In this document: one piece after another, positions 1-12,700 of the stretch
Numbering within the stretch: the first letter of the stretch is position 1
Layout: each line of letters opens with the position of its first letter
NCBI GenBank assembly: GCA_023645945.1
Contig: JALAIB010000083.1
Coordinates: 1 to 34,431 of the forward strand
Source: Diploschistes diacapsis
Lineage: Eukaryota
Direction of reading: 5' to 3'
DNA: 34,431 nt
The notes under the pieces: generated by a model
Database searches by the model: none
Told to the model about the DNA's origin: nothing
The model's input: only the letters and a program-made list of their open reading frames with translations
Translations under genes and position numbers: made by a program

Positions 1-144
1 TCGAGCGCTTCCATATTTGTACGAAGCTAAATCTGTTCTCAACTACACTACCCCGTTCTTCGGCCTTTAAGAAATACATTTTACGAAGGTGCAGGGATTG
101 TGACCCGCTTCGTGGTGTGACCCGTTTCCTGGTGAAACACGTTA
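1..144. mobile_element. Right end (terminal inverted repeat) of a Fot1/pogo-like Tc1/mariner DNA transposon or MITE, truncated by the window edge
   Basis: Reverse complement of 100-144 reads TA|ACGT-GTTTC-ACCAGGAAACGGGTCAC-ACCACGAAGCGGGTCAC: a TA target site (143-144), an ACGT terminus and two imperfect 17-bp direct repeats (100-116, 117-133). This is the architecture of fungal Fot1/Tan1/Vader-type TIRs. The partner TIR is not in the window. Confidence 0.6.
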
Positions 145-565
145 CACTTCAGGCATGAAAGAGAGGGGGGGCTCTAGGTCAGCTCGAAGGATACGCTTCT
201 ATAGACGACGATGAGGTTGCTAGGAAGCTATGGAGCACGCGCTACAACCGGAGCGATACCGACAAGGGGGTGTTCAGCAAAGACGCTCAAAGGGTGACTG
301 GATGTTGCCGAAATTCTTGCCTTGGATAGAAAGACTGCAGATTTATCAAGCCGATTGTAATCTCCCTCTGCTGGGGGAAGTTATCTCACGAATGCTGTCT
401 AGTCATGAATATCAGACTGTGCAGCTATCCTGAGCTGGGATAGAATGGCCCGTCGACGTCCAGACTTGAAATCAAGCATTTGGACGAGCGCTGATAGTGA
501 TGGGAGAGCAGTGAACTCTAATACACAACAATAAGCGGCAACAAGAATTCACATCCGAGACAGTA

Positions 566-2806
566 ATGGCCCAGATGGCTCGCAGTGATCAGGCGGACCA
601 ACGACGTACTCAAGAGGCCTCTCTTGAGGAAAAGCTGCGGAACGAGCAAAAGAACATGGAGGAATCAAGCAAGCAGGAAGGGAAGAAATCGAAGTTCAGA
701 GTTTCTCGTTTTATGCTTCTCGCAGCCCAAAGAGATGCCTTTAATGAGTAGGCTAGTGCGCAGGACACCAACTATCAGTTTCGATGAACGGTCATAACAC
801 GCGAATATCCGCCTTCACCACATACCTTCGAGGATTTCATGCCTGTCATGCCAGATGACCTTCGTGTGGAAACTGTCCACAGCGAGAACTATGTGGTACT
901 CAAGTACGATTCACCTAAGTTTTGGAGAACGGAGAACTAGCATCGAATCTAGAACCACTTCCAAGGCCCTTCGTAGAACAGCACTATCCGTCGTGATGAA
1001 AGACAGACACAGAACAGCAGACCTCTTGTCCTCGTACAACATCAATATCGGCCTTGATGATGAGCTGTTCCTGCCTCCTGGCACTTTCCTGGCCATACGT
1101 GCACCATATTATAAGTGGAGTGCTGGCGGCAATTACACTCTACGTGCAGACCATCCGTCTGACGTGGTTAAGCTGGACAACCCTCACCCCTTTGTGATGA
1201 CATTCGATTTATCTTAACGTGTGATCAAACAGCAGAACCCACCGAGCTTCATTGTAGTAAAGGCAGCGAAGATCGTTTCTGGCACAGGACGGATCCTTGA
1301 GACTGAACAATACCTAATGACCTTGAAACGAGATGGTAATAACCCTTTCTAGAGCCAGAAGTGTCATGCGGCTTTCGAAAAGTACAGCAAAGCCATACGC
1401 TGCTCAACTCTTGAAGCGGGCTTAGAGCTATGGAGAACGCTTTATTTGCAACAGAGCTGTCGTTCGCCTCCACATGTCTCAATTCGATGGAACCATTCCG
1501 GAGTGAAACAGCGGAGAATTTGATTGCAAGGAGACGGAGCTGAAAGCTAAGGTGGCAAAACATCCGCGTCTCGACTATGCGGACTCTGTTGGTCCGGTCA
1601 AGATTCGACAGTGCGATCCCTCATCCAGGGGAAGGGGCTTGTTTGCCACACGATATATTGACCAAGGCGAGCTAGTGATTTGCCAAAGGCTTCTATGGTT
1701 AGATATGCAGGCAAGAAAGAGAGGCTCATGTCCATCATATTACACATAGAGAAAAAGCGCTTCTACCGTGGCCCAGACACGTGCTTGCCGTCCAAGGCCA
1801 TGCAACTGCTAAACGATAGCCCGTCATTAGCTCTTCGATTTCTAAGTCTCCACTCTGGCGATCATTCTACATCAACGCAAGCGTTGTTAGTGACAGCCGA
1901 AGGTAGCCCCCAATCATATCTGCATTCACGATTTTTGGTGTTTGGGGCTACAATGCCTTCTGAAGCCGAACATACCGTGAATCAGCATTGGAAGATCACT
2001 GTTGAAGACGAACCGGATGTCTTCAGCAGCACTGCCGGTCTCTGGGTCCAATCTCATACATCAACCACAGCTGCATAGGCAATATGGATCGCACCTTCAT
2101 TAGCTACTTTATGATAGTTCGCACTTCACGCTCCATCAAAGGTGGCGAAGAGTTTGCTCTGCTCATACGTAATGCCACTCAACCCGATCAAAGAGAAGGA
2201 ACGAGTATTCCAAAAATTCAGCTTTGCCTGCGCCTGCGAGCCCTGCACTTGGGAACGATGGATCCCGGCAAGAGAGCGTCAAGCTCGCGATAGAGCGGTG
2301 CAGAATTTTGACGAGTTTGTGGAGCAGCAGCTGCAAGCTGGGCCCGACATTACTTGCGAATCCACACACGCTATCTCGACTTCGAAAAACTGAGCAAAGC
2401 CGTTCTCAAAACGTACAGCAATCCTGGTTTTCTGCGCCGAGCTCATGGAACCATACACGGTCCTGTTTCAGGACGCTGCATACTGCTGGCATGAAGCAGG
2501 ATTGCGTCGGCGCTCTCCGAAAGATCCCTACGCTTGGCACTGGCGCAGATACCGAATCTTTGAAGAGCTTTCGAGCCGGTGGTGTGGTGCCCAGAGATGA
2601 TGATTTACCTGCTCAGTGTATGCATCGTTCTTGAGGAGGCTGCGGAAAGATGGGAGGCGCAGAAGGCGAGGGATATTGCTGCTTCATTCTGGGGGAAACT
2701 TTGTCTGGGGTTGGGAAAGAGAATGTGGACATTGGAGAAGTCCTTTCACAAGTACGAGACGGGAGTTGTTCCAAGGGGGCACATGATGTCTTCTACAGGA
2801 TCCTAA
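566..2806 (+). pseudogene. Degraded fungal SET-domain (TPR-SET type) protein gene
   Basis: Collinear family motifs are split across frames: LRVET..., FLAIRAPYYK...LRADHPSDVV (855-1217), GPVKIR...RGRGLFATRYIDQGELVIC (1552-1749), GLW then a frameshift to YINHSC (NHSC at 2063-2074), IVRTSRSIKGGEE, then a frameshift to Y...FACACEPC (post-SET). Several frameshifts and stops are not explained by introns. Boundaries are approximate. Confidence 0.75.
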
Positions 2807-5108
2807 GCGATGGAGATGATGGAGTTAAGTTGCTGGAAGGTATGGATTGCCGAGATAGGATAGATCATCATGGCACTCGATATCTACATTTGCTCGTGTT
2901 AATCACTGTTCGCCTAGCCTTTGATACATCGATGAAATCACTCGCTGTGTTGTTATAAGTCATCAACAAGTCCGGAATTCCAGTGGAAATTCGACCACGG
3001 GACATCTTGTTCAAAGCGGCGGACATCATCCTTTGTTCCGGGAGAGTCTCTTCCATTCCAAGGCCTATCAATGTGGCAGACGGGGACTCGACGGGGGCGG
3101 GACGAAGTAGAGGGCTCGGGAAAGGGAGACGATCTGTGCTGTTGCCGGACGACGGTGGGAAGCAAGTCCCGCTGGAAGAATGTGCTCGTCAGAGGTGCTG
3201 CCATTTTCTTTTCTTTTCTTCTTCTTTTTTCCCCTCCAATTATACATAAGCCAATGCTTAGCCTCCATCCGTTTCTTTGGACCGATTTTCGGCTGGCCAG
3301 AGAGGCAGGGTAAGCGCACATGGACCAACAGCTTGGTGTGTCGAAGAAAGTAATGAAGAATAATTCAACGGCAGCTCACTGCAGTTGATACGGATTATAA
3401 AGCATTTTATCGACGTTATAAATTTTCGTGCTGGAACCAAGTCGAATGCTCATCCGTATCTAGATCGATCAGGTGACACATATCAGATGATCTGAAGCGG
3501 AGCTCACGGAGCTGCTCCTTCTTGGGTTTAACGACCTCGATTCGGCTTAGTCTCGACGTTACTATCTCTAGAAAACCGCCGTCCTAATCATTAGATGTCG
3601 ATCTTGTGTATTTGTTTGCTTTTTTTAACGGTAATACCCTAAGAGACTCCCAGCAATATCCTCCACAGGGAGGGAACTCTGTAAGTACATGCATGATTGG
3701 TGTACTAAGAGTTTTGTCGTAGAGGTAGGTGTTCTACCTGCTGAGTTGAAGAGTTATGTAGTTGGTGTGATTCAGCACATGTCCGTCTTAAACGTTTGAA
3801 GCGTTTCAAGATCTGCATGACCTCATTGCACCCGCATCATGGAAATGCGCTCGTGGATACTTACGCACCTGGCCTCTGCTGTCATTGGAGCGGAATATGC
3901 GTCTCGACCAAGCAAGGAGAGGCTAGTGAGGCATTTGCGGGCTCATTGCTCCGAATGTGAGGCGGAGCGGCACGATGATAGATAAGGGGGAACGGGAGAT
4001 CTGGTCCTGGAGGGTCTCCACGTATCTGCCACTGCGGCAGGCACACACTTAATGACTCATGGCACGGTTGCCGTCCTAGCGGTGGATGGGGCAGATAGGC
4101 TTTGCGCTTGCAGGTATCGGCTGCTGCTGCCTGCATGTTGTCAAGTGTTGGTGAAACTCCGAAACATATTTGACGGGCTGAGTGCCAAAGGAATGTTGGT
4201 TTAAGAAGTCGCCATTCCGTGAGCTAGCTGGATAATTAACTTTTAAGCGAGCGATCCAAATCGCGTTTATTAAGTTTGAATCGCTATATCTTTTTTATTG
4301 AATCAGTTCATTTCGAATTAATCGTATATTCGAAAAGACCTGCTCCAAAGAGCTATATATAATTATACATAATCGGGGCGCAAAAACCAGCCACTTTCGC
4401 ATATGATCTCTTGTTTAATATTATCCACAATCGCATGGCCGGTCGTACAAACGTGAAGTTACTTTACTCAAAAACAACACCCATGTAATTGGATTATCAC
4501 CTCTGAATCGTGAAACTGGACGGCAAGATCGATAAGGGACGGCGGTTCAGGAAAGTGCACGGTCCTGCTGCGGCTATTATTAGTAGGGATGTAAGGATCA
4601 CGGATCGCTGCGAATGTGAATTAAAGCTGTACCACTTGCTGCGAGGCAAATTTGCATACATGAATGCGTGGACATGATACGCTGCAGGCGGTCCAGTATA
4701 CACATCGGCGGCTCGAAACCCATTAACCTGAGGGATTCGGATGTCAGTGGAAAGCCTGGTGGACTCCAAACATCGGAGAGGTCTAGAACCTAGCTTCAGA
4801 CAGATATGCCAGTCTTCAGGGAGAAAACAACCTATCGGGATAGATGCCTGTCGGCCTAGGCTTGGGTCTGATTGATCCGGTTAAATGCTACAACATGGTC
4901 ACCTCGAGGCAGTGCATGGGACGCATGGGCGCTGTCGATGGTTTACACCTGTGGAAGAACCTGGCAAGGTCCTTTGAATATATCATGTATGGGCGCACCT
5001 TCGTCGTAGTTACAGAATTGCATCTGATCCAGAACTGAGAGTCTTTTTGATCAGTTCGCTTTCTCTAAATCACCATATCCCGACTGCAAGCACATACTGT
5101 TATGTAAT

Positions 5109-6632
5109 ATGCGTTCCTCACTCTGCTCTGTCCTTCTTGTACTCCTCTTTATCTCTTTCAGGCTCGCGGCGACAGGAGGCGCACACAAGTCATTTGGTAA
5201 AGAGTTGCTCACGACCGTAGCTAGGCATGCCGCAAATAACGCGAATCAGGTCAAAAGTGAGAATGTCGATTACTGGGAGGGGGACAAAGACATCAAGGGC
5301 CTCCAGCATGCCCAGCAGGTAGTGGCGGCGAAAGATGAATACGATCAAAACCGGCACACAGCTCAACAGGTCAACAAGGCTTTAACGACACCCAGACACG
5401 GTCCATTCCAGGAAAGAGCGCAAATGGGATTTGGGACGAGAGCGGAAAAAGCGCCCAAAGTGGTAGCTCAGCAGGCAGCCCGTGAAGGCATAAATTTCGA
5501 GGCCCTAGGTGGTGTGCCCAACGCTTATAAGACGACGGACAACGACTGGAAGGACTTACATCCTCACGAGACATTCCGCAAATTCGTTGGGGCGGGGACA
5601 TCCGGGGCATCGCAACCGTCCAAACAGAATAAAAACCAGAAGAGGTCGGGCCAGTCAGCTCCGGTGAAGAAGGAAGGACTGAAGCATGTGACAAAGGATC
5701 AAGGCCCAATCAACAGAGAAGTGCTCCAGGTGATAGCTAAAGAGGCCTCCAACAGGGCCAAACAATTCAAGCCCTCAAATAGCATGCCTTTCCCGCAACT
5801 GATGGAAGAGACACAGAAGTACCTACACAATGCGGAATTAGCCGGCAAAATTAACTTGGCGTTGAAAAAGACAACAACGTCTCAACCAAACAACAATGAG
5901 AAAAGATCGGATCATTCGGATCAGCGGGTACAGAAACAACAGAAAACTGCCGTGGCAGCGCTGAAGGTCGTGGCCAAGGAAGCCGCAGTCGCTGGTCGTC
6001 GTGTCAGAAACCATAAGGACTTTGATCTGACCCATCCTTTGTGGACCAATAAGCAATTTCAGGAGGTGTTGAACAATAGAGTGAACTATCAGCAACATAG
6101 AGAGACAGCTCTGAAGATCGAATCAGCCCTGAAGTCGCCGAGAAACAAAGAAAACCAGAAGAGATCAGAGACCTCGAGTGATGCAGAGAGGGAGCAGAAA
6201 CAGCAAAGCACGCAGCAAGCGTTGGATGTTGTTGCTGAGCATACCACTGGAAGTGGTAAAAAGGGCTTTAGCGACTGTAGCCTTCGGGCAAAACCTCTCA
6301 TATCGAAAAGATCTGGAACATCGAAAGAGGATGGGGCCGGGATCCAAAAACAACAGGAAACTGCCAAAGCAGCGCTCAAGGTCGTAGCTCAGCAGGCCGC
6401 CAAGAACGCCCAGCAGGCTAAAAGGGAGAATGGTCTTTATTGGGCCGGATGGAAGGCCACCAAGGACAGCGAGCACACCAAACAGGTCGAGCAAGGGAGA
6501 CAGAAATACAATCACAACATGCAGACATTGGCAACCCTCAACACGGTCCTGAAGACAAATCAGCAGGCCACAACCCGGCAGAAATCGGGGCGTTCGAAGT
6601 GGGCAGCCGGTCATGCTCGGCATAGATATTGA
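5109..6632 (+). CDS. Secreted 507-aa repeat protein with dibasic KR sites (Kex2-processed repeat protein-like), function unknown
   Basis: Intronless ORF with a hydrophobic N-terminus (MRSSLCSVLLVLLFISFRLAATGG) and about 6 degenerate Q/K/A-rich units sharing (A/V)LxV(V/I)AxxAA. KR-S sites occur at 5640, 5901, 6159 and 6306. Confidence 0.8.
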   Translation: MRSSLCSVLLVLLFISFRLAATGGAHKSFGKELLTTVARHAANNANQVKSENVDYWEGDKDIKGLQHAQQVVAAKDEYDQNRHTAQQVNKALTTPRHGPFQERAQMGFGTRAEKAPKVVAQQAAREGINFEALGGVPNAYKTTDNDWKDLHPHETFRKFVGAGTSGASQPSKQNKNQKRSGQSAPVKKEGLKHVTKDQGPINREVLQVIAKEASNRAKQFKPSNSMPFPQLMEETQKYLHNAELAGKINLALKKTTTSQPNNNEKRSDHSDQRVQKQQKTAVAALKVVAKEAAVAGRRVRNHKDFDLTHPLWTNKQFQEVLNNRVNYQQHRETALKIESALKSPRNKENQKRSETSSDAEREQKQQSTQQALDVVAEHTTGSGKKGFSDCSLRAKPLISKRSGTSKEDGAGIQKQQETAKAALKVVAQQAAKNAQQAKRENGLYWAGWKATKDSEHTKQVEQGRQKYNHNMQTLATLNTVLKTNQQATTRQKSGRSKWAAGHARHRY

Positions 6633-6795
6633 TGACAGAGTTGGTAAAATCAACTATTCAAAGACCTTACAAATAAACCTGGTGAATAACATCTGTAGAG
6701 GCCATCTTGCCATCCGAAAACGGATGACTTGGTGGCTGTCTTACGAAGGTGAACTCCATCTCGTTGCTTTGAGGCTATGCAGTACTATTGGAGTT

Positions 6796-9700
6796 CTAAC
6801 TAGCAACCGCAGTGACGGATGCTGGCAACAGTTTGCTCTTGCCCACGATGTCTGCCGACAGCTTCGACAGTGCCTTATTCGCCATCAACTCCAGGATCGA
6901 CACGGTGCTGTCCATCTCGCGGAACAGCCAGTTTCGCATTTCCACTGCGACGAGAGAATCGATACCGTAGTCCGACATGGCCTTTGACGCAGAGATCTCG
7001 TCCTTCGAGATCATGAGCAGCGACGACATTTTGGCAATAATACAGGCGCAGACTTTCTGGGCGGCATCGCCGATCGATGTGACCGTCTTCAGCGCATCAC
7101 GCAATTTGATCCCTTGTCCGCCGCCGCTGCTCTCTCCTTCCGACCCTGGTGCATGGGTGAACATGCGCCTGAAGTGAGAGAAGAGCGGATACGAATAAGC
7201 TGGTTGCGAGCCATCTGCGCGCCAGGTTCCCAGCCCGGTGATTGTCTGCCCGCTGCCAACCCGGTTGCGGAACGGATAGGCTATTGCATGCTGAATCATC
7301 GCCATGAGTTCTCGTTCGGTAGTCCCCTCAAAATTTTGTTTCTTGAGTGCCTTCATCAATTTCTCGTTCTCGGCTACGTAACCGACATCTAGAATAACAC
7401 CGAGGTCGAGCGAAACGGCTGGCAATCCAAGAGTGTTACGGTAGTTAGCAAACGCATCGAGAAATGTAGATGCAGCCGCGTATTGAGCTTGGCTGGCGTT
7501 TCCAATGATGCCGCTGGTCGAAGATAGCATGATGAAAAAATCCAAGTCTTTGGGAAGGAGGTTGTGTAGGTTCCAAGTACCAGCAACCTTAGGCCGGGTT
7601 GTTGCATTGTAATCGCTTAAGGTCATGTTTTGGAACAGAGAATCCTAAAGAGTATTTAGCTCGAAGAAACCCCAGGCTCTGGCGAATTCTACATACTTTC
7701 AGAACCATAGCCCCTTGGATGACACCTCGAATGGGGGCCATCTCGTCCTTGTTATGAGATAACAAGCTCTCGAGCTGCTTCGCGTTGCTGACATCGCAGC
7801 TGTGGACTTTGACTCTAGCACCTTGTGACTCGAGATACTTAACAGCGTCTTGTGCGCTTCGCCTTGCAAGACCGCTACGCGAGGCAATGACAACATTCTG
7901 CGCGCCGTGCCGAATCATCCAGGTAGCCAGTGCACGCCCTATACCGCCAAGACCACCGACTAAAAGATACGAGGCGTCTTTTCGAAATAATCGATCACTG
8001 TTATTGTGAGGTAGAGTCTAGGATAATTAGAAGTGGACGTATACGATCTTTGAGGAACCGACCTTGACCATTTCATTTTCCTTGGCCATCAAGACTAGCT
8101 TTCCAATATGCTTGCCCGCCTGCATGATACGCAGAGCCTTTTCAGCTTCTGCCATTCCATATATGGTAATCGGCTGCGGCGGCTTCACGCTGCCACTACG
8201 AATCAAATCCATGGTAGCAGCCCACAATTTTGCTGTCTCGACGGGCCGGTCTTTGCAAAGGTGGATGAAGTCGACGGCGCTAAAGCTTACGTTCTTTGCG
8301 AAACGGCTCATCTCAAGACGCGTGTTGTTGGCGAAGTCGCGTTTCCCTAGTTCAATGAAGCGTCCGAATGGCGCTATACATTCCCAGGTTATTCGAAGAG
8401 CATCCCCTGCGACAGAATTCATAATCACATCAACACCGTTACCTTTAGTCATTCTCATGATTCCTCCTGCAAAAGTACTGTCTCGGCTGGAGAAAATATG
8501 GTCGTCAGGAACGTCGTAAGTCTTCATCAAGAAGTCCTTCTTTTCTAATGACCCGCAAGTTAGGAATACTTCTACACCAATCATCTGGCAAAGCATGATG
8601 AGGGCCTGTCCCAAGCCCCCTGACGCGGCGTGGATTAGACACGTTTCTGCTTTCTTCAGGCGAGCAGATATAAAGACCGACTGATAAGCAGTGCAGAGAA
8701 TGATAGGCAGAGTTGCGGCAACCTCCATGGGCATATCATCCGGAATAGGCTGCACAGCCTGAGCCTCTTGACGCACGTAGTTGGAGAAGGTTCCATGCCC
8801 GTAGGTCACCACTCGATCACCAGGCTTGAGGTCAATCACGTCACTTCCAACAGCAGAAATGATACCACTGCATTCACCACCAAGATTTTCAATCTTGATT
8901 TGTCCCATAGCCATCATCACGTCTCGGAAGTTGACACCAGCTGCTTTGATCTCGATCTCAACCTCATTGGCAGGTAATGGGTCATTCATTCGCTTGTCGT
9001 CCACGAATCGTAAGGTATCGAGTAAACCGGGGCTTTCTATTTCTAAGGCCAAGGCTCTTCCTGTTTGGAAGAAAGGCTGTTCTTCAGGAATAGCTGTAAT
9101 GAACTTGTTCATCTTCGTATCTTCAATTAGTCGGGGGATTTTAATGTGGCCATCTCTTTGGGCATATTCAACGTCGCGAACTGCTTCGTTATCCCCGTTA
9201 AGAGCAAACTTCGATCGAAAAACATCAAGAATAGCATTTGGTATGCTTTCATCTGAGATCTCAGATTGCGAATCGAGATCTAGCACGACAAAAACGGAGC
9301 TGCCGCTCTCAGACCTGATTGTTCTTGCGAGGCCTGTAATCATATTGGAGGTAGGTGCATCCGAGTTGATGCTTGCGCCGCGGACTATCCAAAGAACCGC
9401 TCCAGAATTAAGCATAAGCTCCTTGGCGCAAGCAAGTTCCTCTTCAGATGGATTCTGAAGAATTGGTTTCGTAAGCTCTACAAGGACAATACTAGTTCGT
9501 CCATCGGGCTTTGAATCGAAGAACTTCGAGACTGATGTTTTAGCTCCAATTCTCCTCAATGAGCTTTCCAGCCGCGTGACCAAACCTTCAGGAGTCCGCT
9601 CGTCCGTGACGATGTTGACATCGTTGTACTGCGGAGCATTATCGGCAATGGCGGATGATATAATCATCGAGCCCTGATGATAAGCTTCGCTTGGAATGTC

Positions 9701-12700
9701 CCATACTGCCGCATCGACTCCTGAGTATCCGCTCTTTTGGAGAAGAGCGTGCCATTCATCTTCGGTCATGAGTGGTCCTTTCTGCCGTGTTGGTTCTTCG
9801 CCAGCCCACCAACCTGGGAGAGTGCCGAACACAGTCGATGTCATCATTCTTTCGCGGGTAAGTTCAACCAGGCATAGCTTCCCCGATGGCTTCAGGAGCC
9901 TCCGTACATGTTTCATGGTCTTGTCCAACGAGCTAGTAGCATGGAGCACATTTGCAGCTATGATGAGGTCGTAGCTTCCTTCGTCAAAGCCCTGAGTTAT
10001 TGGGTCCTTTTCGACATCCAGCTTTTTGAAATTCACAAGGTTTTCCCAAGGCTTAGTCTTCTTGGAGGAGCTCTCAAAGAATCCAGCGGAGATATCGGTG
10101 AAATCATACCTGGAGAAGCGTGGAAGAGTGCCGTTCGCACCACCAAGGGCTTGCAGAATCGGGAATGTGCATCCTCCAGTCCCTGCCCCAATCTCGAGGA
10201 CATTAAGATGAGGGTTCTTATGAGCAAGAAGATCGATGTAACGAGCGGCAAACCTATAATTTTGGCTCATCCGGACGTTGTTTGCGTAGTAGTTGTCAAG
10301 CCGATTGCCTTCCATCATGACAGACAGAGCCTCGACCTTCTGATTAAGTATGTCCGGAAGGCGCTGGCCAACATGACATAGCAAGCTGCCTTCATCATTC
10401 TGCGCACTTACTCGAGCTAGGTGTTCGGTCTTCTCCGCCTCTGGAACATTGGTCCATGATTTAGTTGCTAAAGAGAGGGATCCTTCGTGAACCGCTTTGG
10501 TAAAATGCTTCATGCAGGTATACAACTTCTTGTGATAGCCTGTGAACTTCTCCACTTCTTCAGGAGTGATGACATCCAAAGCCTTCTCCATAAAATAATA
10601 TCCTGCACGCTCGATGGCTTCAATACGCAGCTGTTCGCCTGGCGGTGCCACAATATCAACACAAAGCGCTTCTATCTGTTTGGAAGACATGAAGTCGACG
10701 TCAGGTCGCCAATCCATCTGGTAGCAGAGTTTCTTGGCTTCCATTCCAGCGTGAAGACCTCGATCACTAGAGATTTTAGTGCAGGTCAAACCACGGATAT
10801 TAATCACGGGCTGGGAAGCTCCAAGAGATTCCTCAAAAACAAGCATATCTACTTTATGCTGACGGTAGTCTGCCGGTCGTGCACTCGCGTAGATCTTAAG
10901 TTCGTGTCCGGCCTTGTTAGTGATGTCTCTAGCCACGTCGATTTGCTCAATATAAATTGGAACTATTGGACTCTTTAGCGGCCCATCTGCCGCAGCGATT
11001 GCAGAGAAAAGAGGGTGGAAGCAAGAGTCGAGTGTAGAAGGATGCAGAATGAAGGGGAATTCGAACTGTTCCGGCATGACAGCGGCAGTGTCTGAAATGC
11101 GAATGCAGCCAACAGCCTCATTGGGTAAAGCTTTGATGCTAGTCAAGTTGGCAAAGGTTGGGCCGTACTCCAACCCTATTTCATGAAGATTTTCGTAGAA
11201 TTCTTCAATGCTTGCATCTGTGTAAGTCTTTGCTTTCGAGTCGCTGATCAGCTGAGCATAGGATTCGACGTCTGCTTGCGCCTGTTTCCCGCCATCAACT
11301 TCAGTATGCCTAGACACTCTCTGCACAGAAATCAACCCGCGACAATGCTGGGTCCATGAATCATCCTCTGTAACAGAGAATATGCAGAACTCGTCCCAGA
11401 TATCTGATGTGCTCCTGGTCCCCTCGTTGTATGGTCTCAAGGTAATCAAAGTTTCAACCTCAGGTTGATACTCAGGAATTAGAAGCGCCGCACCAACTGT
11501 GATTTCACGGAGAGTGAAACCGGAAACCTCTACCGACCTATCCAAGGCACGTTGATGTGCTGCTTCGATTGCCATTGTCACATACCCTGCGGCTGGGTAA
11601 ACGATGTTAGATTGAACCTTGTGATCGCGAACCCACGGAATCTCAGATGGACGAATAACGTTGCGCCAGCGTGGCTCGAGAGCATTAGAATTTTTGTCTA
11701 TAACTCCCAGTAAGTCGGTACGAGGATACTTGCGATTGCGGTAAGCTCGACTAAGGCGCGATTCTGCCCACAGAATCATGGAGTGGTTCCAAGCGTAAGG
11801 AGGCAAATCGACTAGAACCTGATTGCGCTCACCATTGGCACGATTGATTGACTCGAAATTAAATCGGTGGCCTTTCAGGTACAGTTGGCCAACGAGCTTC
11901 AACATAGTGTCTATAGCATGAGTGTCTCTTGCCAACACCGAGCCATAACGGATGACCCCGTTTGTGGATGGCTCGGCCTGTAGGATCTGCTTTATTGGAC
12001 CTGCAAGAGCGGGATGTGGACCAACTTCTATAAGCATGTCTACTTCAGGATTGCCTAGCTTCTTGCGACGCTTTTTCCCAACGGTGGCTTCAAGACACAT
12101 CTTTCGCAATGAATCCGAAAACTTGACTTCTGAAATCATATTCGCAACCCAGTACTTGGCGTTAAGGTCTTGCACATCAGCTTGTTCGCCAGTGACCGAA
12201 GAAAAAAACTGGATACCATTGGATTTCTGTAAAGTCAACCCGTTCAATGAGTTGAAGTAGTCATCGGCAACCGTTGCCATGTGATGAGAATGGTAAGCCA
12301 CCTCAACGACAAGCCTGCGAGCAAAAGTTTTCTTTTCTTTTAGGATCTGCATGAGCTCTGATATGGCGGACTCATCTCCAGAGACTGTTATGCTTGACGG
12401 ACTGTTCTCGCATGCTATTTCCGCCTTACCTTCCTTCAATCCTTGGATCAGGGGTAGAGCGTCGGCTTTTGCCATTCCGACAGCCATCATAGCACCACAG
12501 TACCCACCTTTAGACTTGACGGTGGTGCTCACCTTCCCTCGGAAGTATGCAACAGCAATAGCGGCTTCGTGAGTCAGAGCACCAACCGTATACGCAGACG
12601 CAATTTCGCCGCTTGAATGACCGGTGACTGCAATGGGGCGAATATTGAATGAAGCTAGTAGATCCACCAGCGCAATTTGCACGACTGTGCATAAAGGCTG

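Noticed and set aside
100..133. CRISPR-like direct repeats
   Set aside because: Two adjacent repeats with no spacer in eukaryotic DNA, better explained as a transposon TIR.
2868..3328. Overlapping short ORFs downstream of the SET pseudogene
   Set aside because: Could be another gene relic, but there is no recognisable motif or consistent exon structure.
5109..6632. Dikaritin (ustiloxin-type) RiPP precursor
   Set aside because: Units are long and divergent rather than short near-identical cores, and no DUF3328/UstYa gene is visible nearby.
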